Source: a virus | Strand: one strand, 5' to 3' | Length of the DNA stretch: 64,000 nt | IMG/VR virus record: IMGVR_UViG_3300020385_000008 | Coordinates: 1 to 64,000 of that record | Part shown: one piece after another, positions 36,796-46,621 of the stretch | How positions within the stretch are numbered: position 1 is the stretch's first letter | How the letters are laid out: each line of letters begins with the position of its first letter | Notes under the pieces: generated by a model | The model's input: the letters and a program-made list of their open reading frames with translations, nothing else | Databases searched by the model: none | Told to the model about the DNA's origin: nothing | Made by a program: the position numbers and the translations under genes

Positions 36796-37320
36796 TCAAA
36801 CCCAGGAGGGCTTGCGTTCAGGTTTGCGGAGATAGTTAGCTGAGACCCAGGGCTTTGAGGAGATATACATCTTGTATGCCTCAAAGGTAGAGATTGATTG
36901 GTCTAGCTTGAACTCATCAGGCATAGCACGGGCAAACCCGTGTGCTCCAGTATAGCACGAAATTGGCTTTCCTGTAGTCCTTACAAAAACTTCTTCTGCG
37001 CCAAGCAGGGACTGCTCACAAGCGTGATGCTTACCGTAGCGGTGGGTATACTCGGCACACAAGGCGTGACCGTGTGCGATGAGCCACGCTAGGTTCTCGT
37101 CACATAAAGAAGCCCATACAGTACAGGGGTGGTTACGAAAACCTCCCGTTGTCTTGTATGGGGTTCCATCAGCCTTGAAGACTTGACCACAGTCACGGTA
37201 CCAATGTGAGTAAATCACGGATACCATTTGGCAGCATTCAAGCGGCATTTTTACAACGTGCTTATCTGGGAGTACCAGTGCGCTGCCTGCGGGGTCTTGT
37301 TCGGTGCAGAAGATGTTCAT
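36796..37320 (-). CDS. Pyrimidine-dimer DNA glycosylase-like (DenV-related) protein
   Basis: MNIF..DKHVVKMPLE..NHPCT.W..EYTHRYGK. Confidence 0.8.
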   Translation of the reverse strand: MNIFCTEQDPAGSALVLPDKHVVKMPLECCQMVSVIYSHWYRDCGQVFKADGTPYKTTGGFRNHPCTVWASLCDENLAWLIAHGHALCAEYTHRYGKHHACEQSLLGAEEVFVRTTGKPISCYTGAHGFARAMPDEFKLDQSISTFEAYKMYISSKPWVSANYLRKPERKPSWV

Positions 37321-37356
37321 ATAGGTTGCTTTCGCTTCCCATATAATAGCACATCA

Positions 37357-37818
37357 TCAAACCAATGGCAGAGTATACACTGATGATAGTCCACTATTAT
37401 CCATCAAATTATCCAAATATACTTGATCTTCTGAATCGGGCGGAACTAATTCTAATAATTCATTAAAGGCTGCTTGGATGAGAGGCTGAATCCGAAGTCC
37501 ATTTTTAGCATCCCCAATCAACGCAATAAACTCAGTGGCAACTACATTTACTGGAAGGCTATTAGAAGCACTAGCCCTAACCTTCATATAATATGGAGAG
37601 CTTATAAGACCCACCCAAAAACTAACATAATCTACAGGAATTACATCATCTTCTGGTACATACTCTGCTGCCGTTTCCGTTCCTATCGCAACAAATGCTT
37701 TGTATTCTTTATTATCCTCATCAACTGGGATAATATATTTTGCATCAACACCTTCAATAAAACCAATAACTATAGTTTTTTCAAGGTCTCCCCACCGATA
37801 TGAAGTTATGGAAGTCAT
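37357..37818 (-). CDS. Hypothetical protein
   Basis: ORF track. Confidence 0.55.
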   Translation of the reverse strand: MTSITSYRWGDLEKTIVIGFIEGVDAKYIIPVDEDNKEYKAFVAIGTETAAEYVPEDDVIPVDYVSFWVGLISSPYYMKVRASASNSLPVNVVATEFIALIGDAKNGLRIQPLIQAAFNELLELVPPDSEDQVYLDNLMDNSGLSSVYTLPLV

Positions 37819-37844
37819 AATATATTAGATATACAATTTATTTA

Positions 37845-37943
37845 TTACATAAAATAATCACCAAAAATTGACAATATAGTAATGTAGATTAGTAATATCA
37901 TAAAAAAACCAAAGATGATAAAGAAAGATAATTCTGGACCCAT
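37845..37943 (-). CDS. Putative 32-aa single-TM peptide
   Basis: Translated by hand, MGPELSFFIIFGFFMILLIYITILSIFGDYFM; -10-like box upstream. Confidence 0.35.
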   Translation of the reverse strand: MGPELSFFIIFGFFMILLIYITILSIFGDYFM

Positions 37944-38022
37944 AATTTAGTTGATAGTTTTATTATATAGCATAAAAAAGCTAGGAGGTTAGTCCTAGCT
38001 TCAGTTAATCATAGTCAATTGA

Positions 38023-39453
38023 CTATCTTGATTTGTACTCGTCCAAAAGAACGGATAGTTCATTGACTGCTTGAACCAATAAACCAACTAGACCATTGTA
38101 GTTAACGGTCATCCTGTTTTCGGTATCAGCTACGAGCTGCGGATAAACATACTGTACTTCTTGAGCAATAACGCCCACAGAAGAGCCAGAACCATTTACC
38201 CAATCATATTCAACACCACGAAGCTGTTCTAATTTATATAGAGCAGATGTAATGCCTGTGATATTAGTCTTAAGACGTTGATCGGATAGAGCATTAAACT
38301 CTTTTGACTCTAGAGTTCCAGTAGATGGATTATAAGTCAACTCCTCATTAGCAGTGCTATCAGTATAGATAGTAGCACCAACGCCAACGTCACTTAAGAA
38401 TGGCACTGGATAGGCAACATTATCTTGGTTGTCGAAGCTGGTTACAGAGGTAGCAGCGCCAGCCTGAAGACCGGTTAGGTTAGAACCATCACCGTAGTAT
38501 GATCCAGCGGTGATAGAACCACCAATAGAAACATCATTGGTTACTGTTAAAGCAATACCAGGACCAGTAAGCTCTAGGCTAGCAAATGCCTGTGAACTAC
38601 CACTACCAACAACATACTCAGCAATGGTTTTAGCACCAGCTGCTGATACCAAATCAATATTATTTACATTTGCTGGATTATCACTGTCGAAGAAGACTCC
38701 GAGGAATAAATTACCAGCAAAACCAAAAGCAGGGGTGATTAGTGAACCAGCAGCTTCAATTGAACCACCAGCATACATGTTATTGGTTACTGTTAAACCA
38801 ATACCAGCTCCAGTAGCCTCAAGTGAGGTTGTAGCTGTAATAATACCAGCCTGGATATTTCCAGTAGTGATGATATCTGAGTTTGGTCCTATAGTAGCAC
38901 TAACATTAGTTAGTTTAGAACCATCACCTTCAAAGAAGGCGGCGGTCATGGTACTGGCGATACTAACATCGGCAGGTAAACCGATGGTTACAGTATCTGT
39001 TAGGGTGTTTATCCCTACAGTTACTTCATCAGTAGTGCCTTCAAATATTAACTTTTCAGTTGAAAGGTCAATAAGTGCTGTATCAACACCAACATTAACG
39101 CTTAATATAGAAGCGGAAGCTGCTGGGTTTGAATCAACCCAAATTGGACTGCCATCATTATCGTATCTTGTGAATTGCCTTAATACACTAGAGTCATAAT
39201 AAATGTCCCCTTCTTCTAAAGGAGATCCATTTTCTCTAGTTGTAGGAGCTTCTGTTGAAATAAAAGAAGCTGGGGGCAAATCGGTTAAACTCGCCCCGCT
39301 TCCTACAAATTCTGTTGCTGTGATTACGCCTGACTGGGCGTCTAATTGTATAGTTTCACCAACATAGAGGGCGGTGGTAATACCTGCGGTATTTACACCA
39401 ATTAACTCTCTAGTATCGTTAATAATGACCAAATCTTGTAGTAGAAAAGCCAT
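38023..39453 (-). CDS. Fibre-like protein with C-terminal S74 intramolecular chaperone
   Basis: GDGS.LT repeats; SDQRLK..LRGV.Y..GVIAQE..YNGLVGLLVQAV. Confidence 0.8.
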   Translation of the reverse strand: MAFLLQDLVIINDTRELIGVNTAGITTALYVGETIQLDAQSGVITATEFVGSGASLTDLPPASFISTEAPTTRENGSPLEEGDIYYDSSVLRQFTRYDNDGSPIWVDSNPAASASILSVNVGVDTALIDLSTEKLIFEGTTDEVTVGINTLTDTVTIGLPADVSIASTMTAAFFEGDGSKLTNVSATIGPNSDIITTGNIQAGIITATTSLEATGAGIGLTVTNNMYAGGSIEAAGSLITPAFGFAGNLFLGVFFDSDNPANVNNIDLVSAAGAKTIAEYVVGSGSSQAFASLELTGPGIALTVTNDVSIGGSITAGSYYGDGSNLTGLQAGAATSVTSFDNQDNVAYPVPFLSDVGVGATIYTDSTANEELTYNPSTGTLESKEFNALSDQRLKTNITGITSALYKLEQLRGVEYDWVNGSGSSVGVIAQEVQYVYPQLVADTENRMTVNYNGLVGLLVQAVNELSVLLDEYKSR

Positions 39454-39503
39454 TAAGGGATATTAAGTTTGTGTATACAGTAATATTTATATTTTTTTAT
39501 AGG

Positions 39504-39532
39504 TCATAAAAAAGCCCCCCTTGCGGGAGGCT
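39504..39532 (-). terminator. Terminator after psbA, near-identical to 41867-41896
   Basis: AGCCTCCC-GCAA-GGGGGGCT-TTTTT. Confidence 0.85.
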
Positions 39533-39550
39533 GTTGAAGTTGATTCAATA

Positions 39551-40627
39551 TCAACCGATGGAAGGAGCAACTAGAGCTACAGGAGTAGACTCAGTAGATG
39601 CTAAATCAAGTGGGAAGTTGTGAGCGTTGCGCTCATGCATGACTTCCATACCAAGACCAGCGCGGTTTAGAACGTCTGCCCAGGTGTTGACTACCTTACC
39701 TTGTGACTCAACGATTGACTGATTGAAGTTAAAGCCGTTGAGGTTGAATGCCATTGTGGATACACCAAGAGCGGTGAACCAGATGCCTACAACCGGCCAT
39801 GCGGCAAGGAAGAAGTGAAGTGAACGTGAGTTGTTGAATGAAGCATATTGGAAGATCAAGCGACCAAAGTAGCCATGAGCAGCCACGATGTTATAGGTCT
39901 CTTCCTCTTGTCCAAACTTGTAACCGTAGTTCTGTGATTCGGTTTCAGTTGTCTCTCTTACAAGTGAAGATGTAACAAGTGAACCGTGCATTGCGCTGAA
40001 CAATGAACCACCAAAGACACCAGCTACTCCAAGCATATGGAAGGGGTGCATCAAGATGTTATGTTCTGCCTGGAAGACTAACATATAGTTGAATGTTCCA
40101 GAGATTCCAAGAGGCATCGCATCAGAGAAAGAACCTTGTCCAAAAGGATAGACTAGGAAGACAGCAGATGCGGCTGCTACTGGTGCGCTGTATGCGACCA
40201 TAATCCAGGGGCGCATACCTAAACGATAGGATAGTTCCCATTCGCGTCCCATATAGGCGTAGATTCCAATAAGGAAGTGGAATACCACTAGTTGGAAAGG
40301 ACCGCCATTGTAAAGCCACTCATCTAGTGAGGCAGCTTCCCAGATGGGATAGAAGTGTAGACCAATTGCATTTGATGACGGGACAACAGCACCAGAGATG
40401 ATGTTGTTACCGTACATTAGAGAACCAGCTACTGGCTCACGGATGCCGTCAATGTCTACGGGGGGCGCTGCGATGAACGCAACGATGAAACAGGTTGTTG
40501 CGGCGAGTAAACATGGAACCATCAACACACCAAACCAGCCCACATAGAGGCGGTTATTGGTGGATGTGACCCACTCACAGAAGGATTCCCAAGGGGAAGA
40601 CTCGCGCATTGCGATTGAAGCTGTCAT
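39551..40627 (-). CDS. psbA: Photosystem II D1 protein
   Basis: [26 protein letters not shown] plus C-terminal extension. Confidence 0.99.
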   Translation of the reverse strand: MTASIAMRESSPWESFCEWVTSTNNRLYVGWFGVLMVPCLLAATTCFIVAFIAAPPVDIDGIREPVAGSLMYGNNIISGAVVPSSNAIGLHFYPIWEAASLDEWLYNGGPFQLVVFHFLIGIYAYMGREWELSYRLGMRPWIMVAYSAPVAAASAVFLVYPFGQGSFSDAMPLGISGTFNYMLVFQAEHNILMHPFHMLGVAGVFGGSLFSAMHGSLVTSSLVRETTETESQNYGYKFGQEEETYNIVAAHGYFGRLIFQYASFNNSRSLHFFLAAWPVVGIWFTALGVSTMAFNLNGFNFNQSIVESQGKVVNTWADVLNRAGLGMEVMHERNAHNFPLDLASTESTPVALVAPSIG

Positions 40628-40687
40628 ATTATATTCTCGTAGTAAGTAAAGATGTACAAAGAAACGTAAAGTTTTGTTTCGCTTCCC

Positions 40688-40726
40688 TGACTTATATAGT
40701 ATAACAGAATGTTTGTGTGTCGTCAA
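40688..40726 (-). promoter_or_regulatory. Sigma70-type psbA promoter
   Basis: TTGACG-17-TATACT on the minus strand; coordinates approximate. Confidence 0.65.
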
Positions 40727-40746
40727 GCACACAAAGGGGAGTATTT

Positions 40747-41838
40747 TTACTCAATAATTTGATACGCACTATTATTGAACCAACTATACCCATATCTACG
40801 TTCCCGCTTAACCTCTTCAATGCTATAAACAATATCATATTCCCTGTTGGCAAAAATAGGTTTTAGACTATCCAACTCATAGAAACGTGCCCACTGACCA
40901 TCTCCATCAGGATCACCCTGACCCTCAGGCAATTTTAAACTATAAATGAATTCAATAGCAGATAACCAGGACTCGCGAACTTCTTTATCTTCTGGATAAT
41001 AATCTAAATGATTTTTAAGTAAATTTATTACTTTCACACTCTCAGAAGTAGCATAAGAAGGCATTTCATAACTACGAGCCCAGGTTGGTTCAAGTGTATC
41101 GTGGTCATGTTGCTGACCCCAAATAGCTTTTTTTCCTTCGTGCTTAATCTGAGTAGATAATATACAATCAATACCTTTCCTATAAACTGTTTCCAAATCC
41201 AATTCTTCTGAGATGTCTTCTAGATAAGTATATCTCCCATATTTATTTTTTTGAATTGAAAGGAGTAGATTGAGAACACCAGGAATTACATTATCATTAT
41301 AAGTAATATGTCTATGATTTTTATTTTCCCAAGAGCCATTTGGATGCTGGGACTTAACAATAAAACGCAGAGCTTTTTTTATAGCATCAAGTATTACTTC
41401 ATCTGCGGTTAGATCATATACACGAGACAGATATTCAATATGTCCCCAGGTGCAGCCATTATCAAAATCACTTCCATCCCTTTCATAGTCTGAGTTGGAT
41501 GGTTGCTCATATATTTTCTGTAGTTGGCTTTTGCTATATTTATTTCTATAGTTGCCCTTTTTACTCCAACCACCATCTGGATTTTGAAAATGTAGTATGT
41601 TTTCTGCTATTTTAACAACTTCATTTTCAGAAAAAATAGCTGGTTTTGATCTATAAATAGTACTTCGTATTCCAGTTTTGGGAAAATCAGCCTTAAGGTC
41701 AATATAATTATCTTCTAAGTATTGTCGTCTTTTGTTATAGGAGTCGTAATCAAAATTTTTACTGAGAGGATCATCTTGTAGAACATCATCCCTCACAATA
41801 CCAAGTAATTTTAGTATAAGTTGAATAAAGGCTTGCAT
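40747..41838 (-). CDS. Pectate lyase, PL10/PelA family
   Basis: QNPDGGW.K, FDN, HITYND, WGQQHD..L.P..ARSYE, WARFYE, ERR.GY.W. Confidence 0.85.
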   Translation of the reverse strand: MQAFIQLILKLLGIVRDDVLQDDPLSKNFDYDSYNKRRQYLEDNYIDLKADFPKTGIRSTIYRSKPAIFSENEVVKIAENILHFQNPDGGWSKKGNYRNKYSKSQLQKIYEQPSNSDYERDGSDFDNGCTWGHIEYLSRVYDLTADEVILDAIKKALRFIVKSQHPNGSWENKNHRHITYNDNVIPGVLNLLLSIQKNKYGRYTYLEDISEELDLETVYRKGIDCILSTQIKHEGKKAIWGQQHDHDTLEPTWARSYEMPSYATSESVKVINLLKNHLDYYPEDKEVRESWLSAIEFIYSLKLPEGQGDPDGDGQWARFYELDSLKPIFANREYDIVYSIEEVKRERRYGYSWFNNSAYQIIE

Positions 41839-41866
41839 TTTTTTTCTATGAATATAAAAATATTTA

Positions 41867-41896
41867 TCATAAAAAAAGCCCCCCTTGCGGGAGGCT
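41867..41896 (-). terminator. Terminator after gp45, followed by TAAATA late box (41861-41866)
   Basis: Same stem-loop as 39504-39532. Confidence 0.85.
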
Positions 41897-41903
41897 CTCT
41901 GCA

Positions 41904-42572
41904 TCAACCAAAGCTGGAATCTGGTTCAAGGGCAATAAAGTATTCCACATTATTTTTCTGTCCAGTGAACTGGGCTAGAAGTTTCTGGGAGATCACAACA
42001 TCATAGTTGCCTGCGAGAATCTTGTTTGTGTTTTCCACCTTGAAATTAAAGCAGAAATCATCAGAGGTCTCGCCAACATCAACAGAAAAGATATTAGAGG
42101 AATCATTCTTCTTATCGCGTACAACCAAGCTAATGGTTCCTTCTTCACCAACAACAGAAAGGTCAGGGAGCTTATAGACGCTGGCTGCCTTAACAAGCTG
42201 TAGAAGCTGTGAATGGTCTAGCTGGAAGCAAACATCCTGTGAAGGTAGTACAAGTTGCTTTTCTGGGGGTGCTACGATGACTTCTGGGTCGGCGAAGTGG
42301 TAGTTTACACGACGGCGACCTTCACGGATAACAACATAGGTGTCGTTGGAGAAATCAAGAGTATAGTCATCGTGGAGTGATAGACCGTTTAGGAACTCAT
42401 TGAGATCATAGATCGCAAAGGTACGAGGGAAGGTCTCCTCAACAGTTGCTTCGGCAAGGATGTTCTTCATAACCGAAATAGTTCTCAAGGTGTTGCCTTC
42501 ACCAACAATGATGCTCTGGTTGATGGAACTGAAGTTCTTAAGAACTGAAATAGTTGAGTCAGATAGTTTCAT
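41904..42572 (-). CDS. gp45: Sliding clamp (gp45)
   Basis: LKNFSSINQS, IYDLNEFL, YFIALE. Confidence 0.95.
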   Translation of the reverse strand: MKLSDSTISVLKNFSSINQSIIVGEGNTLRTISVMKNILAEATVEETFPRTFAIYDLNEFLNGLSLHDDYTLDFSNDTYVVIREGRRRVNYHFADPEVIVAPPEKQLVLPSQDVCFQLDHSQLLQLVKAASVYKLPDLSVVGEEGTISLVVRDKKNDSSNIFSVDVGETSDDFCFNFKVENTNKILAGNYDVVISQKLLAQFTGQKNNVEYFIALEPDSSFG

Positions 42573-42624
42573 AACAAATAGATATTTTTGAAGATTATTG
42601 ATGGAGTATAATGATTATAGCACA

Positions 42625-43086
42625 CTATCGCCCAGTTGGGCTAAATGTTTCTACAGCATCTTCAGTAAATGGAAGATCTGAGAAGTGATATAGAAGGAAA
42701 GCATAGTGAATAACCTTAAGGAGATCCTTTGGATTCTTACCATCCTTCTTACCAAAACGAGAAAGATACTTAATAGCATTGGATCGGCAGAATGCTTCAG
42801 CATCACCAATAGAGTCAATAAGGTCAAGAGTCTGTACTTTAGACTCCTCACCTACATAATGACCATTATAAGTGCTGGATAGATAAGCTTCCACCTCACG
42901 AAGGATTTTGCCTTCATCATACTTCCAGAAAGTAATATCCTTTGCGGTGTCTGTTACAACAACTTCACCTAGCTCTTCACTAGTGAAATGCTCTCTACCC
43001 GCCCAGAATCCGTCAGCGGTCATTTCATAACCACGGTTGCGCATCTCTTCCATCTCTTCGTGTAGCATAGCCCAGGAGTTAGTCAT
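42625..43086 (-). CDS. DUF3310-like protein
   Basis: HY..QTLDLI..FC..NAIKYL.RFGKK. Confidence 0.7.
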   Translation of the reverse strand: MTNSWAMLHEEMEEMRNRGYEMTADGFWAGREHFTSEELGEVVVTDTAKDITFWKYDEGKILREVEAYLSSTYNGHYVGEESKVQTLDLIDSIGDAEAFCRSNAIKYLSRFGKKDGKNPKDLLKVIHYAFLLYHFSDLPFTEDAVETFSPTGR

Positions 43087-43112
43087 AAAATTACCTCAAT
43101 ATTATAGCACAA

Positions 43113-44243
43113 TTAAAATTCAGATGGGTCAACTGAGGATGCAGTTACTTCACTGGACTCAAAGTCAACGTCATTATCAACGGCACCGTAAAGGTCCATA
43201 AAGGACTGGCGTGTCTCATCGTCAAAGCGATTGAGGCAGATGTTGATAGCTTTTGCCTTATCACCAAAGATGCTGTAAGCACGGATGATATGGACTAGTC
43301 GGCGAGTGGAGATGATCTCATCAACACCACCATCATAGAAGGTCTTACGGATGATGTCACCCCAGTCAGCAAGACGCTTACAGAAAGTAGCATCGTCAAT
43401 ACCCAATGTCTTGGCGTATCCTTTGAGCATCTTGGTTTCGATTGCTACGGAAGGATATGACTGCTCAAAGGTGATTGGGAAACGCTCAAGGAAGGCTTCA
43501 TTCAGAACGTTGGTGCCGATAAAACGACCGTCATCTGATCCCTTACCCTTTGTATTCGCAGTCGCGATAACATTGAATCCCTCTCTTGGAGTGATGTACT
43601 GTCCAATCTTCTTAAGGAATATCCCTTTACCCTCAAGAATGCTCTGCAAGCATAGGATTTTGTTGGATGCCAGGTCAATCTCGTCAAGCAATAGGATTGC
43701 ACCACGTTGGAGTGCCTCAATAACGGGACCGTTATGCCAAACAGTGGCACCATCAACGAGGCGAAAACCGCCAATAAGGTCGTCTTCATCAGTTTCAATA
43801 GTGATGTTTACACGGATAAGCTCGCGTCCTAGTTGAGCGCAAGCTTGCTCTACACTAAAAGTCTTACCGTTACCGGAGAGACCAGTAATGAATGTTGGGT
43901 AGAACAAACCAGAACTAATAACTTGCTTCACATCAGCAAAGTTGCCGAAAGGAACAAAGGTTGAGTCTTTTTCTGGAACAAGGTTCTGCTCAACCATAGG
44001 AGTAGCTTTTACAGCGGAAGGAGCTTCTACTGTGTGCTCAAGTTCTGCTTTTACTTGGGAGATATTAAGATTCCACTTACCACGACCAGACTTATATTCT
44101 TCTAGGCGGCGGGTTACTGTCTGATAGGTCAGACCCTGAATAGCACAGAATGCACGAACATCGGCAGCAGAAATCTCCTCACTGAAATTAGAGCGTAGGT
44201 TATCCAGCATCTCTTGAGTAGTCATAGCGAGTTGGCGAGGCAT
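43113..44243 (-). CDS. cobS: CobS/MoxR-like AAA+ ATPase
   Basis: GLSGNGKT, LLDEID, ATANTKG, NEAFLERF. Confidence 0.9.
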   Translation of the reverse strand: MPRQLAMTTQEMLDNLRSNFSEEISAADVRAFCAIQGLTYQTVTRRLEEYKSGRGKWNLNISQVKAELEHTVEAPSAVKATPMVEQNLVPEKDSTFVPFGNFADVKQVISSGLFYPTFITGLSGNGKTFSVEQACAQLGRELIRVNITIETDEDDLIGGFRLVDGATVWHNGPVIEALQRGAILLLDEIDLASNKILCLQSILEGKGIFLKKIGQYITPREGFNVIATANTKGKGSDDGRFIGTNVLNEAFLERFPITFEQSYPSVAIETKMLKGYAKTLGIDDATFCKRLADWGDIIRKTFYDGGVDEIISTRRLVHIIRAYSIFGDKAKAINICLNRFDDETRQSFMDLYGAVDNDVDFESSEVTASSVDPSEF

Positions 44244-44313
44244 AGTGGGCTTGTGTTGTATGTGATTATTATAAAGCATAAAAAAGCCCCATAGTGGGGC
44301 AGTGGTCAGTTTA
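44241..44313 (-). repeat. Stem-loop/promoter/start cassette, copy 1
   Basis: ~72-bp near-identical direct repeat of 44561-44632. Confidence 0.85.
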
Positions 44314-44563
44314 GGTAGTGCCCAATAATATAGACAGCAAAACTCATAACGATAAGGATAAGGGTAATGACCCACAGTCTTGTTATTTTCTTGTGTTGAG
44401 CTTGTTGGGTATAAGAGAGTCTTTCCGAGAATTCGCGTTTACGATCATGGAACTCTAACGCCTGTTGCCAGAAAAAGTCATTATCGTCAAAGGTTCCATT
44501 CTTCTTCTTCTCATCCCATAGTTCTTGGACTTTCTGTTCTAAATCAGTCTGCTGTGGAAACAT
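44306..44563 (-). CDS. Small hypothetical protein with C-terminal TM helix
   Basis: Start MFPQQ lies inside the repeat cassette. Confidence 0.6.
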   Translation of the reverse strand: MFPQQTDLEQKVQELWDEKKKNGTFDDNDFFWQQALEFHDRKREFSERLSYTQQAQHKKITRLWVITLILIVMSFAVYIIGHYLN

Positions 44564-44632
44564 AGTTGACTTGTGTTGCATGTGATTATTATAGAGCATA
44601 AAAAAGCCCCTTAGTGGGGCAGTGGACACTTA
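44561..44632 (-). repeat. Stem-loop/promoter/start cassette, copy 2
   Basis: GCCCC-loop-GGGGC-T6, TATAAT, CACAAG..ACTATG. Confidence 0.85.
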
Positions 44633-45298
44633 CCATTCTGTTTCTGTCATTCGATGAAAATTTGTAAGAATTGTTTCAGCCATAAATTCAGGATTTTGTA
44701 TGGCTTCTTCTATTGAGGGTGGTCTTCCAGTTCTCATTAATTGTTTTCTTAAACTATGTAAATGGCTATAAATATCTGTCATATAATCTGGAGGAAATTT
44801 ACTATGGGTCCAGAATACACTAACATCACGCCTACCCCTAGTTACTTCACTTACTTCGTGAATAAATCCAGTATTATATGTAACGGCATAACCAGCATCT
44901 AGTTTATGTTCACTAATTTCATGATCATAAATCCTTAAGTATCCACCATCATATTCATTGGGGTTATTTAAAAACACAGTAGTACTGTAATGACCTACTT
45001 CAGGAGCATCTTGGTGTGGTCTATAGAATCCTCCGACATTAGTTCTAGAATATATGGGCACATTTGTAGATTTAGCTGCGACTTTTCCCAAAAAAGGATA
45101 ATCATGGTCTAAAGCTTCAAAAATTATTTTAGATATTTCTACAATATTTTCATTACTACGACAGAACTCTGAATTATTTTTTAATGACAAATCAGTATGA
45201 TCAGTTGAGTTGGTTCCATTTACCCACAAACCACCATCCATCATAGATTGTATCTGTGAAAGTTGTTCTTGATCCAACAATTTTCTAATATAAATCAT
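44630..45298 (-). CDS. PKHD-type 2OG-Fe(II) hydroxylase
   Basis: HQD..YDGG.L..HEV..V.RG.R. Confidence 0.8.
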   Translation of the reverse strand: MIYIRKLLDQEQLSQIQSMMDGGLWVNGTNSTDHTDLSLKNNSEFCRSNENIVEISKIIFEALDHDYPFLGKVAAKSTNVPIYSRTNVGGFYRPHQDAPEVGHYSTTVFLNNPNEYDGGYLRIYDHEISEHKLDAGYAVTYNTGFIHEVSEVTRGRRDVSVFWTHSKFPPDYMTDIYSHLHSLRKQLMRTGRPPSIEEAIQNPEFMAETILTNFHRMTETEW

Positions 45299-45834
45299 TT
45301 GTTTAAATGCTCCAATAGTGCTGTGGCTTCACCAAAACGGTCAACATAGTGAACATAATCCATCTCTTTATTAGATAGAAAACCATTCTCAACCATCTCT
45401 TCTTCTAACCAATCTTTGAGAGTTCTCCACATTCTACCAACACAAATTATTGGCTTCTGTTCAATATGGTTTACTTGGATTAGTTGATAGATCATAGCCA
45501 TTTCTAGGAGAGTACCAATTCCACCAGGGGTAACAATAAAGGCATCACAATTTGAGAAAGTATCCAGTCTAGTGAAGAAATCATCGTGTTTTGTAAAGTC
45601 ATAAACATACTGGTTGACTGCCTCTTCAAATGGTAAATAGATTGCTTCTGCTTCTGACCTAGTAAGGTCAACAGACGCTGCACCCTTGTTTGCTGCTTCC
45701 ATAGTACCTGGTCCACCACCCGTGACTACAATCCAACCAGTTTGAGCACAGCGCTTTCCTAGACGCTCTACAGCATCATAGAGCTTGCTGTCTGGATCAG
45801 TTCTAGATGAACCAAAAATTGCTACTTTTTTCAT
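45295..45834 (-). CDS. LOG/SLOG-family phosphoribohydrolase-like protein
   Basis: FGSSR, TGGGPG.M.AA, PGGIGTLLE. Confidence 0.88.
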   Translation of the reverse strand: MKKVAIFGSSRTDPDSKLYDAVERLGKRCAQTGWIVVTGGGPGTMEAANKGAASVDLTRSEAEAIYLPFEEAVNQYVYDFTKHDDFFTRLDTFSNCDAFIVTPGGIGTLLEMAMIYQLIQVNHIEQKPIICVGRMWRTLKDWLEEEMVENGFLSNKEMDYVHYVDRFGEATALLEHLNK

Positions 45835-46589
45835 TGTTCGTTTATTGCGATAAAGTTTGTTGTCATGTAATGCTCATCATACTCAGTATATCTATCTAAC
45901 TTAAATGGACCAAATGGTGTAATTCGGTACATAGAGAAACCTAGTTCTTTAAAGTAGTACCAGAAATCACGATAATGAGTCTTAGTATCAATGTTACAAC
46001 CACCGAATTCAAACTGAATAATTTTTGTTTTAGATAGGAGAGCACCAAAACCATCCAAAACATCTAACTCATGACCCTCCACATCAATTTTAACATAATC
46101 AATATGCCTATCATCCCAATAATTATCAAACCTAATGACTTCCACAGTTTCTTCTAGGTTCATTTTTATATTGACATGATCAATATTTCTTTTGGTGAGA
46201 GAAGCTAGTCCAGAACCAGGTTCGTTTGAGTAAAGTGTAAGTGTATCTTCTTTATTAGATAATGCTTTTCCATTTACAATGACATTAGAAAGTGAATCAA
46301 ATTTAGCTTTTAGTATTTGTACGTTAGAAGAAGATGGCTCAAATATGTGACACTCTGTTTCAGGAAATCTTCTAAGAACTTCTTCGGTATAAAGACCTTT
46401 ATTTCCCCCAATATCAACAAATACATTTGGTATACTTTCTGCTAGAGATACACAAGAATCCACTTCAGCAAAGATAGTTGCTGTTCCCCATCCCTTTCCT
46501 TGCATACTAGCTGCATATGTTTCCAACTCAAAAAAATCTTTTTGATTGATACAGAAACTATGAATAGCGTTACGTAATTCTTGATTCAT
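45831..46589 (-). CDS. FkbM-family methyltransferase
   Basis: DIGGNKG, FEP, KIDVEGHE. Confidence 0.88.
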   Translation of the reverse strand: MNQELRNAIHSFCINQKDFFELETYAASMQGKGWGTATIFAEVDSCVSLAESIPNVFVDIGGNKGLYTEEVLRRFPETECHIFEPSSSNVQILKAKFDSLSNVIVNGKALSNKEDTLTLYSNEPGSGLASLTKRNIDHVNIKMNLEETVEVIRFDNYWDDRHIDYVKIDVEGHELDVLDGFGALLSKTKIIQFEFGGCNIDTKTHYRDFWYYFKELGFSMYRITPFGPFKLDRYTEYDEHYMTTNFIAINEQ

Positions 46590-46621
46590 ATCTTTAATAT
46601 GGGTATTCTAATTATAACACA

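Noticed and set aside
40628-40732. N-terminal extension of D1 in the ORF track (likewise cobS, pelA, hsp20 and the 14341 ORF)
   Set aside because: Extensions run through promoter or terminator sequence; downstream ATGs match family N-termini
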